45,449 nucleotides of DNA. It comes from a virus. Shown here one piece after another: positions 36,764 to 44,804 of this stretch. Positions within the stretch are counted from its first letter, which is position 1. The number at the start of each line of letters is the position of its first letter. The stretch covers positions 1-45,449 of IMG/VR virus record IMGVR_UViG_638154508_000001, one strand, 5' to 3'. The notes beneath the pieces were generated by a model, which worked only from the letters and a program-made list of their open reading frames with translations, did no database searches and was not told the origin of the DNA. Both the position numbers and the translations under genes were made by a program.

Positions 36764-36933
36764 GCCTCCTGCTTCTCACGAGGGCATTCAGAAAAGTTTC
36801 CAGGGATACGATATTCTCCCGAGGGGTGTTTGGTTAGCTGGCAAACTCTTCTCCTGCGGCCATACTGCACTACCTCGATCAGGTCACTGCATCCCCTCGC
36901 TTCGCAGTTTTTGACTGATGGTTTGAAGGTCAT
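36760..36933 (-). CDS. 57-aa Cys4 microprotein missing from the ORF track; paralog of the repeats in 1214-1519
   Basis: MTFKPSVKNCEARGCSDLIEVVQYGRRRRVCQLTKHPSGEYRIPGNFSECPREKQEA. Confidence 0.65.
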   Translation of the reverse strand: MTFKPSVKNCEARGCSDLIEVVQYGRRRRVCQLTKHPSGEYRIPGNFSECPREKQEA

Positions 36934-37146
36934 TGCCCAGCCCCCCTGGGAGTGGAGTTATCCCCATCTGTGCTGCTGCTGGCAGGATTGTGTTTGCATG
37001 GAGAACGAAGTGCATCAAAATTACTGAAGTTTCGACAGCGTTAGAACGACTTGCAAATACTTTTTTATCAACCATTTCTTCGAGTGCACCATCAGCCAGC
37101 CTGAATATGAGAAGCTTGACGAAATTTTACTTTTCCTAACAACCAT
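36884..37146 (-). pseudogene. Probable RHH/CopG-like regulator, apparently frameshifted near 37120
   Basis: MVVRKSKIS (ATG at 37146) plus the -1 frame VKLLIFRLADGALEEMVDKKVFASRSNAVE resembles an RHH protein; the join is inferred. Confidence 0.4.
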
Positions 37147-37160
37147 TCTTTTTTACACCT

Positions 37161-37316
37161 TTACAATTTTTCAACTTCTATGTGATCGCCACAATAGACG
37201 TACTGGAATTTGTCTCCAGGTCTGAGCCCGAGCTTTTCCGCAACCTCATAGGGAAACGGGGCTGAGTTGTTTCTCCACAGTGTGCATCCTTTTCCGAGTA
37301 CGGTTTTTGATTTCAT
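37161..37316 (-). CDS. AbrB/SpoVT-like DNA-binding protein, 51 aa, missing from the ORF track
   Basis: MKSKTVLGKGCTLWRNNSAPFPYEVAEKLGLRPGDKFQYVYCGDHIEVEKL; P..VAEKLGL.PGD motif; first gene of the early operon. Confidence 0.75.
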   Translation of the reverse strand: MKSKTVLGKGCTLWRNNSAPFPYEVAEKLGLRPGDKFQYVYCGDHIEVEKL

Positions 37317-37347
37317 GTTCTTCCTCAATGTCGCAATAATAATGTTC

Positions 37348-37411
37348 CTATTGCAATATACCTATTATCTCATAAACGTATAAATAGTTATCTACAATAC
37401 TATTGCAATAT
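37348..37411. promoter_or_regulatory. Divergent switch region with two CTATTGCAATAT operator-like sites
   Basis: Palindrome TATTGCAATA at 37349-37358 and 37401-37410 (overlapping the repressor ATG); a half-site GCAATA lies near 37333. Confidence 0.65.
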
Positions 37412-37820
37412 GGCAAAGATAGAAAGACGAAAAGTCGCTCTGAATACTACAGTATCTCCACGATTAGGGAAGCAGGTTGATGACCTCGCTGGAACTGGAG
37501 AGTTTTCTAGCCAGAGCGACATTGTTTCTTTCGCACTTACTCAGTTTTTTGTTCGTGAAGAACAGCGAGAAAAAGAAAAGAAAATGGCAGAACTCTATTC
37601 TATCCTAATCCAGCATAAGGAAGGCAGGGAGCTCTTAGAGGAAGTTCCACGAACTCCAAAAGAAAGAGCTGAGGCATTTACAAAAGCAGGCATCGCGTTG
37701 GTTGAAGCCGGAGAATATGAAGAGGCAAAGAAATATTTCGCAAAAGCTAAGGAACTCGAAGACTCTAATTCTAATTCTAAATCTGACGAAGATTATCCAC
37801 GTGAGTATATATTAGAATGA
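37410..37820 (+). CDS. Putative repressor: N-terminal RHH plus a TPR-like helix pair
   Basis: KVALNTTVSPRLGKQVDDLAGTGEFSSQSDIVSFAL; AFTKAGIALVEAGEYEEAKKYFAKA. Confidence 0.75.
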   Translation: MAKIERRKVALNTTVSPRLGKQVDDLAGTGEFSSQSDIVSFALTQFFVREEQREKEKKMAELYSILIQHKEGRELLEEVPRTPKERAEAFTKAGIALVEAGEYEEAKKYFAKAKELEDSNSNSKSDEDYPREYILE

Positions 37821-37851
37821 AAACGTTTTTTAAGGAGGATATAAATTCTCC

Positions 37852-38940
37852 TCACTGATTTCCATTTTCGTAATAACTAATTGTGTTTTTCAACTTGTCC
37901 TCATGGTTATAGATATCATTTAAGTCTATGATAGGGATTTTTTCTTCACTATTTTTGCCTTCTGCAAATAATCCAATATACTTTTGTTTTGTGTTGAAGT
38001 ACAGACGGCAAATTGGTCTTCTATTGTTATCATCCAGCAGAATGCCACAGTATGATTTCTTATCTCTTAGGGCAATTCTTTTGGGGTCAACAGTCACCCT
38101 AAGAATAGATTTGATAATATTATACCCGTCAATCTCTTCATCGGTTGTTATTATATCGTTTACAGATGGAGGGATTTTTTCGTTTTCATCGTTTGTATTT
38201 GATGTGGATGAAACCGAATCTTCGGTCATGGCAAACTTCAATCTGTCGTTTATCCGATCATTTATAAATTGATTAAGTGCATTCTTTGTAATTATAGTAA
38301 ACTTTTCACGGACCGATTGGGTAAAGACTCCTTCCTTTACCTTCTTAGCAAAGAACTTAACAAATTCTTCTGAAGGGTTGTTTATTTCGTTCGCAAGAAT
38401 GAGCTTTATTTCTTTCGTATACTTTAATTCACATGCCACATTCGTTAAATCTTCAGCATTAAAGGACTCCTTTTTAAATCGTTTTAATTCGTTGATTAAA
38501 GGCTCTTTAATATCCAGTAAATTTATTTCCATGAACGATTTATCATCCATCTTATTTGGGGTATCTATATCCGTATAAAAACGATATACTATGCCATTCG
38601 TGAGGATTCCAATTTTTGCTTCACTCACACTAAAATACCTGAATAATTGAGATGCGTGTTCCTTATCGAGATCGGCATCGATATTTTTACATTCAATTAG
38701 TATAATCGGTGCCCCTTCCTGCATTATAGCATAATCAACTTTTTCACCCTTTTTAGTACCAAAATCAGTCGTAAATTCTGGAACCACTTCGGTGGGATCA
38801 AAGACATTGTATCCCAATATGTTTAAAAGAGGCAGAACAAGGGCATTTTTTGTGGCTTCTTCAGTTTTTATGCTTTCAGACAGTTTCGGAATTTTAGCAG
38901 CTAACACTTTAATTTGATCTATGAAATCCACTAACAACAC
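37852..38940 (-). CDS. Stand-alone type I restriction HsdR N-terminal (HSDR_N-like) nuclease-domain protein
   Basis: TEEATKNALVLPLL..LGY...EVVPEF...GEKVDYAI....IILIECK...QLFRYF...ILTNG; no hsdM or hsdS in the window. Confidence 0.85.
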   Translation of the reverse strand: MLLVDFIDQIKVLAAKIPKLSESIKTEEATKNALVLPLLNILGYNVFDPTEVVPEFTTDFGTKKGEKVDYAIMQEGAPIILIECKNIDADLDKEHASQLFRYFSVSEAKIGILTNGIVYRFYTDIDTPNKMDDKSFMEINLLDIKEPLINELKRFKKESFNAEDLTNVACELKYTKEIKLILANEINNPSEEFVKFFAKKVKEGVFTQSVREKFTIITKNALNQFINDRINDRLKFAMTEDSVSSTSNTNDENEKIPPSVNDIITTDEEIDGYNIIKSILRVTVDPKRIALRDKKSYCGILLDDNNRRPICRLYFNTKQKYIGLFAEGKNSEEKIPIIDLNDIYNHEDKLKNTISYYENGNQ

Positions 38941-38974
38941 TCCATATATATAACTATTAAAACGTCAAAAAAGG

Positions 38975-40003
38975 TGTTTTGTCCTGAAATAATTTCGCTT
39001 TGAAACTTTTTTCCTCTTGTCCATGTTTTCACCACCCAAACAATCTCACTCCTATTCTGAACTTTGCCTCAACTGGTAATCTATTCCAGAATGCTTCCTG
39101 TGGCGATTCTAACTGTTCAAGTTTCAAAGCTCCATGAGGCCTCTTGTTATACCACTGTACGAATTCTTCAAATGATTCAAACTCTCCTCTAAACCTTTGA
39201 TATGTATCGAACCATTTCTCTATTTTTCCGTTTGTCTGAGGATGTCTTACCCTTGCAAGTATTGGTTTGATTCCAAGTTCTTCAATGCATCTTTTAAAGT
39301 CACTATCCCATGAACCATCCTTATTAATCCTGTGAGCTCCGAATTCACTTCCATGATCCATAATGAGCTCTCTTAAAGGGTATATGTCCCAGTACTCTTT
39401 AACAAGTTCATCAATCACTTTAATGGTGTTCTCCGTGTTGCAATGAACGTACTCTCCACCTGCAATTATCATTCTTGATGAATCATCAAGAATGGCACAG
39501 ACTTGAAGTCCTAACAGGGGATTCTCATGCCAATCGATGTGTGCAGCAGACATGCTGTGTTCGCGTTCGTATCTACACCATTTTCTTCTCTGTTTCTTTT
39601 TTCGGTTTTCCTTGGCAAGGTCCATGCTAAGTAGATAGTTATGGATTCTGTTATGAGATATCTTACGATTATATTTGCCTTCGATGAGAATCTCAAGGTA
39701 ACAGGCTCCAAACTTATAATCAGAGTAAGTTTGGTCAATCAATTCCTGATCAGAGGAGGATAAGGGGTTCTTTGGTCTTCCAAGATTAATGCCAACTTGA
39801 GGAAGCTGACCAGTTTCAACGTATTCTTTGTAGATCTGCTGAACTCGACGGGCTGAGATCCCCTGGATCTCAGCTATCGTCGAGGTAGATTCACCTTTCG
39901 ATTTTTGAGCAATGATCCAACGTATCTTTTTTCCATTAAGTTTCACAAAAGATAAGGGATTACAACCGACATATTTAGCGCGAAATAATTTCGGGATAAA
40001 ACA
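38975..40003 (-). mobile_element. IS481-family element (1029 bp)
   Basis: TGT...ACA ends; IRs TGTTTTGTCCTGAAATAATTTCGC / GCGAAATAATTTCGGGATAAAACA; 15-bp direct repeat AAACGTCAAAAAAGG at 38960-38974 and 40004-40018. Confidence 0.9.
39029..39946 (-). CDS. IS481 transposase (HTH plus rve); probable GTG start at 39946
   Basis: HIDWH, ILDDSSR, MDHGSEF and HPQTNGKIEKWF motifs. The listed start at 40012 lies outside the element. Confidence 0.9.
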   Translation of the reverse strand: MKLNGKKIRWIIAQKSKGESTSTIAEIQGISARRVQQIYKEYVETGQLPQVGINLGRPKNPLSSSDQELIDQTYSDYKFGACYLEILIEGKYNRKISHNRIHNYLLSMDLAKENRKKKQRRKWCRYEREHSMSAAHIDWHENPLLGLQVCAILDDSSRMIIAGGEYVHCNTENTIKVIDELVKEYWDIYPLRELIMDHGSEFGAHRINKDGSWDSDFKRCIEELGIKPILARVRHPQTNGKIEKWFDTYQRFRGEFESFEEFVQWYNKRPHGALKLEQLESPQEAFWNRLPVEAKFRIGVRLFGW

Positions 40004-40421
40004 AAACGTCAAAAAAGGTTAGTATGTTATTACAGATATATTTGCCGGAATATAATAGATATTAATTTGGAGGAGCAAAGAGTGCTATTAAAAACACTGA
40101 TATGAATTATGATTTAATGTGTATGTATAAAAAAGGAAAGATCAACGAAAGATATAATACACGAAGAAACTCTACATTTTAATACCACGCTAAGGTTTCA
40201 AGCGTTACAGCTTTTGAGAGATATTTTTATATTGCTACTGAAATTTCCTCGTTGTGGAATTTCCGCTTTATTTCATTTGAGAAAAACATATGGAAGTGGA
40301 CCCATCGAAGTTGTGACGCCATAGATGAGATCTTACTGAATCTTCAAATTTCTATCAGTTGTTATTACTTATTCATATTTTTGGTAGATAATTTTATTAC
40401 GATGTAACTACTATCATTTAG

Positions 40422-40501
40422 GCGGCTAGCTTCAAAACAAACTCTTAACCCCCCATACACCCCATACCCACACGTCTTTTTTAAGTATTGAAGCTGGCCG
40501 C
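40422..40501. repeat. 80-bp element with 14-bp terminal inverted repeats (MITE-like remnant)
   Basis: GCGGCTAGCTTCAA ... TTGAAGCTGGCCGC (1 mismatch) around a C-rich core. Confidence 0.5.
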
Positions 40502-40701
40502 TATGAATAAGCAAAGGAGTGCTTTGCAAAAACCAGAGAATTGAAAGGCTCTGATTCTAAAAATTCAAAACCTGATGAAGATTCTCCGCATGAGTGCATC
40601 CCCGAACTTATTCATATTTAATACATACTAGTTTAACATATAAATATAATTTGACAATTTGCCCAACCTTCTTTCTTTCAGAGTATATAAAGAATGCCTG
40701 C

Positions 40702-41219
40702 AGGTCGTAGAACAACTCCGAAAAGACGAGGTTCCTAAGACAGATCACTTTATTGTTGAATGAATTGCTATGGTCGACCATTCTTGGCATATAATACAAA
40801 AGCCATGCCTAAAAATGCAATAACTATACCTATAATTACATACGGCATATCGTATACTATACCAAAGCTAATATAGCTAGCGCCTACAAAAAACAAAAAC
40901 ATTCCTATTAATAGATTTATAGTATACTTTGTAAACTCATTAAAAAACATGACGAATCCCAACAAAACAACTGCTTTCATTTCTTTTTTATATGTCTGCC
41001 GTGACCTATTCACTCATCGGTTTCAATCACATGTATTTATGTTAAACTGTTGATATAAATAAGTATTCCATATTATACCTATGTAGATATACTAACTATA
41101 TGTTTTTCAAAAAAATGCGATGAGTTTTTTCGTAGTAGAGGTACTTCAAAGGCACTTATTTTTAGAGCGGATAAGCAAAGAAAGCATGAAGGTCGCAGGA
41201 CAACTCCGAAAAGACAAGG
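40702..41219. repeat. 30-bp degenerate direct repeat (40702-40731 and 41190-41219, 27/30 identical), each copy downstream of a small membrane gene
   Basis: AGGTCGTAGAACAACTCCGAAAAGACGAGG vs AGGTCGCAGGACAACTCCGAAAAGACAAGG. Confidence 0.8.
40768..41013 (-). CDS. Small membrane protein (2-3 TM), paralog 1
   Basis: NEFTKYTINLLIGMFLFFVGASYISFG...; hydrophobic. Confidence 0.6.
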   Translation of the reverse strand: MNRSRQTYKKEMKAVVLLGFVMFFNEFTKYTINLLIGMFLFFVGASYISFGIVYDMPYVIIGIVIAFLGMAFVLYAKNGRP

Positions 41220-41261
41220 CACCAGATACTACCAAGAGATGTGTCAGCTTTAATGTAACTT

Positions 41262-41474
41262 TCAGTCCCACCTACTTTTTCCGTATGATATCATGGCCAA
41301 GCCAATTAGCCCAACAATCAGGCCAATAATTGTGTATAGTGAACTATGTCCAAACAAAACATAAATTATTCCCAGAAAAACCAATATAAACCCTAGAATA
41401 GAATAACCTAACCGTTTGGTAAATTCAACTAAGAGCCTATCCGAAAAGTGTTGTGACCTACTGTAACTTACCAT
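41262..41474 (-). CDS. Small membrane protein (2 TM), paralog 2 (probable start at 41474)
   Basis: VEFTKRLGYSILGFILVFLGIIYVLFG... aligns by eye with paralog 1. Confidence 0.6.
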   Translation of the reverse strand: MVSYSRSQHFSDRLLVEFTKRLGYSILGFILVFLGIIYVLFGHSSLYTIIGLIVGLIGLAMISYGKSRWD

Positions 41475-41859
41475 TAGCAATATACAAAACCGAAGAGGAT
41501 GCCCTACTATTATAGACCTCTGTGACTTTTTTACATGCATTACTGACTTTTCGGATAGGTTCTTAATTAAAATGTTTACAAATAAATGCATCAAAAGTAC
41601 TACATTTGTTACAGATCATATGCTAACTGAAGATAAATAGAATGAGATTCAAATAAAAAGATTTATTATCGTTATACAGATTACAGTAATGTGAATGTCA
41701 ATTAATGCTTGACTATATTATGAAATATATTCTTATTATAAAATATAACTTGCTAATATATTCAACTTGATCGTTTTTGATCGTGTAATTAGTGCAGTTA
41801 CAACAAAATGATTATTGAAAAAAAGGAAAAAATGAAAGATGATAGAAAGGTGTTAAAAG

Positions 41860-43440
41860 ATGAAATATCAAAACACTAATGTACTCAAGATTTCTGTAAT
41901 CTTTTTGATTATCTTATTTCTTGGAATAATGAGTGCATTTATCACACATGCTGCATCATATAATTTTGTAAAAGTAATTGGTTCTAGTGGTACTGGTTCT
42001 AATCAATTTAGTTCTCCAAAGTACGCTACTACAGATTCGTCAGGTAATATTTACGTTGCTGATACTGGCAATAATCGTATTGAGATATTTGACAAAAATT
42101 TTAATTACATTGACAAATGGGGTTCAGGTGGCAGTGGAAACGGGCAATTTTACACTCCTAATGGAGTTGCTGTAGATTCTATGGGGAATATTTACGTTGC
42201 GGATTATAACAATCACCGTGTTCAGAAATTAGACAGTACAGGTGTATACATTAGTCAATGTGATTCTTCTACAATTGGTGACGGTTTGAGTTTTTATCCT
42301 GTTGATTTAGCTGTAGATTCTTTGGATAATGTTTATGTTTCAGATAGCCGTAGCAATCGAATTGTGAAACTAAACAAAGACGGAAATTACCTAACACAAT
42401 GGGGTTCCAAGGGTGCGAGTAGAAATCAATTTAATGACCCAGAAGGTATTGCTGTCGATTCTTCTGGAAATATTTATGTTGTCGACTCAGGCAATAGTCG
42501 CATTATGAAGTTCGATGGCACAGGTACTTATCTCACAGAATGGGGCACTCCTGGACAGGAAGATGGACAATTCCGATCTCCACATGGTATTGCTATCGAT
42601 TCTTCAGGGGCTATATATGTAACAGATACAGGTAATCGGAGAATTCAGAAGTTCGATAGCACAGGTTCATATGTGACAAAATGGGTTTCTCCAGAAAATG
42701 GTGATGGGAAATTTCAAAATCCTGTAGGTATTGTTGTAGATTCTTCGAATAACGTTTATGTCGTTGACTCATTCTATCATTGCGTTTTTCAATTTGTTAA
42801 ATCGATGTCACCGACAGCTAATTTCGACAGTAGTGAAACTAGTGGTAGTACTCCTCTTCCAGTGAAGTTTACAGACCTATCGGAAAATGCAACTGGATGG
42901 TACTGGGACTTTGGAGATGGGTCAACTTCTACTGACCAAAATCCAATACATGTTTATTATGATGAAGGAATTTACACAGTTAAGTTTACTGCTACTAATA
43001 GTGCTGGCGGGGATACTATTACAAAGTCAAATTATATCTCAGTGAAAAGTGGACAACCACCCGCACAACCACCAGTTGCAGAATTTACTAGTAGTGCAGA
43101 GTCGGTCAATGACTCATTGATTGTCACCTTTATCGACACAAGTAAAGGAGAACCTACTTTTTGGTTGTGGGACTTTGGCGATGGAAATACATCTACTGAA
43201 CAAAACCCAATTCATACTTATGCTGAGCCAGGTAACTATTATGTAACGTTAATAGTATCTAATGGTGCTGGAACAAATGAAGCTATTGAGGAAGTTTCAC
43301 CTTCTTCTGTGTGGGGACCCTTACAAGTCGTAATTGCTATTATCGGAGTCATAGTTGCTATTATCGGAGTCATAGTTGCTATTATCGGTATAGTTATCCC
43401 ATATATAAAAAAATCTAAACAATCACAAGATAATATGTAA
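41860..43440 (+). CDS. Secreted/membrane-anchored NHL-repeat beta-propeller with two PKD domains
   Basis: N-terminal hydrophobic signal; six F..P.GIAVDS.GNIYV.D..N.RI repeats; two W.WDFGDG..ST.QNP.H.Y...G.Y.V PKD domains; C-terminal TM helix. Confidence 0.92.
   Translation: MKYQNTNVLKISVIFLIILFLGIMSAFITHAASYNFVKVIGSSGTGSNQFSSPKYATTDSSGNIYVADTGNNRIEIFDKNFNYIDKWGSGGSGNGQFYTPNGVAVDSMGNIYVADYNNHRVQKLDSTGVYISQCDSSTIGDGLSFYPVDLAVDSLDNVYVSDSRSNRIVKLNKDGNYLTQWGSKGASRNQFNDPEGIAVDSSGNIYVVDSGNSRIMKFDGTGTYLTEWGTPGQEDGQFRSPHGIAIDSSGAIYVTDTGNRRIQKFDSTGSYVTKWVSPENGDGKFQNPVGIVVDSSNNVYVVDSFYHCVFQFVKSMSPTANFDSSETSGSTPLPVKFTDLSENATGWYWDFGDGSTSTDQNPIHVYYDEGIYTVKFTATNSAGGDTITKSNYISVKSGQPPAQPPVAEFTSSAESVNDSLIVTFIDTSKGEPTFWLWDFGDGNTSTEQNPIHTYAEPGNYYVTLIVSNGAGTNEAIEEVSPSSVWGPLQVVIAIIGVIVAIIGVIVAIIGIVIPYIKKSKQSQDNM
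43334..43388 (+). repeat. 21-bp tandem repeat (~2.6 copies) encoding the C-terminal TM helix (IAIIGVIVAIIGVIVAIIG)
   Basis: Unit TTGCTATTATCGGAGTCATAG. Confidence 0.9.
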
Positions 43441-43983
43441 CACTAAAACCAACTAACAAATGAAAAAGAAAGCAAATGACCTCATGAAAAATGGAGCAAA
43501 TTCATCAACAACGTAACGGATAATATGTAAGCTGGTCTCAAAACTGGAGGGATGAAGAGACAGTTAAAATTAACATCCCTCTCTTTTTATTACCTGTAGA
43601 CATCAAGGAAAAAGAGATAGTAAAAATTACTAATACAGCATTTATTAGGCAGTGTCGCAAATTTGCTGTAAATTCAAAGTCATAAGTCCACAGTTGATAA
43701 CCTCATCATATTTATCCACAAGTTACAAAACAATACGCATATTATGTATGTTTTTTGAATTTTTCTATAAAAAGCTTTCAACAAATATATTAAGCATCAA
43801 TTGTTTAATCAGAAGTAAATTCTTCCCTCAAAAAGATTGAAGATGTAGCCGAATTTTCGATCATTGTCTATTTTTCTCAATTATTCTTGGTAATTGAACC
43901 ATATCACTGAATTTTACTAAGAAATGTAAAATTAATTAGATTTATAGCTCTTTTACAAGCTCCATTGATGCCGTTTCACTATT

Positions 43984-44110
43984 TTTTCTGTAAATTTTAC
44001 ACTTTCTCTTGATACCGTTTTACAATTTTACTGTAAAATTTACAAGTTCTCATGATGCCTGTTTTACTATTTTACTGTAAATTTTACATTTTTTACCTTT
44101 TACAGTAAAA
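43984..44110. repeat. AT-rich iteron-like repeats
   Basis: CTGTAAA(T/A)TTTAC at 43988, 44031 and 44075 (43-44 bp period), plus an inverted TTTACAGTAAAA at about 44099-44110. Confidence 0.75.
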
Positions 44111-44303
44111 GTATACACATTTTACTTTTGACTTGAAACTAATGCTTCCCATTTATTCACTCTTTTATCTCAAATCCAGTTCTCTCGCCACCCTTTATGA
44201 TTAAATAGATTTTTGCAAAGATATTTTTATTACTTTCATCCAACTTGAATATTTTTTATATTTACAAACCACGTACCCTCTTCTTTAGGGAGGGTTTAAA
44301 ACA

Positions 44304-44639
44304 GTGTATATAAAATCAAAATGCCCCGTCTGCGGGAGCAATAATTTTCACAATGTCCAGGTCAGAATTGAAGAAACAAGAAAGAATCTATCACTCAAGG
44401 ACGTGAACGTAACGGACACGGTTACGGATGAAGAGCTCGCCCGTGAGGTACTTCACGGACTGAAGCCGCATGTATGTGACGGGATCACCATCAGGGAACT
44501 TTGTAGAGTCATAAAAAAGTACTACGGGGTTGCGGCTGCTTATTGTTGCGATCTGGTGTCCCGGTTGAAAATTGAGATGGGGATGTATTGCCCGGATCGC
44601 CGACATCTATACTTTGTATCCCCCTTTCCTCCACAGTAA
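44304..44639 (+). CDS. Small Zn-ribbon protein with a probable helix-turn-helix
   Basis: CPVCGS at the N-terminus; GITIRELCRVIKKYYGV segment. Confidence 0.55.
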   Translation: MYIKSKCPVCGSNNFHNVQVRIEETRKNLSLKDVNVTDTVTDEELAREVLHGLKPHVCDGITIRELCRVIKKYYGVAAAYCCDLVSRLKIEMGMYCPDRRHLYFVSPFPPQ

Positions 44640-44804
44640 GGGGTTATATTTTATTTTATCACTCAAAATAGAGATCTTAAGGAAAGCCTGAATATACATA
44701 GATTTGCTGAAATATTTACATATAGTCACTATAGCGATATAGATACTCCTTGTGAAATTTTTAAGTAACCCCTGATTAATTTTATAGAATTCACACTAAA
44801 ACGC

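Noticed and set aside
35958-36914. 318-aa plus-strand ORF, and similar long antisense ORFs such as 34334-35140
   Set aside because: These are shadows of tightly coupled minus-strand genes, with no protein-like motifs.
43429-43530. 12-bp direct repeat GATAATATGTAA (43429-43440 and 43519-43530)
   Set aside because: It is short and AT-rich in an AT-rich region; it could be chance or a trivial local duplication.
43984-44110. Mini-CRISPR array
   Set aside because: The 'spacers' resemble each other (a degenerate 43-44 bp tandem repeat), the repeat is short and AT-rich, and there are no cas genes or leader.
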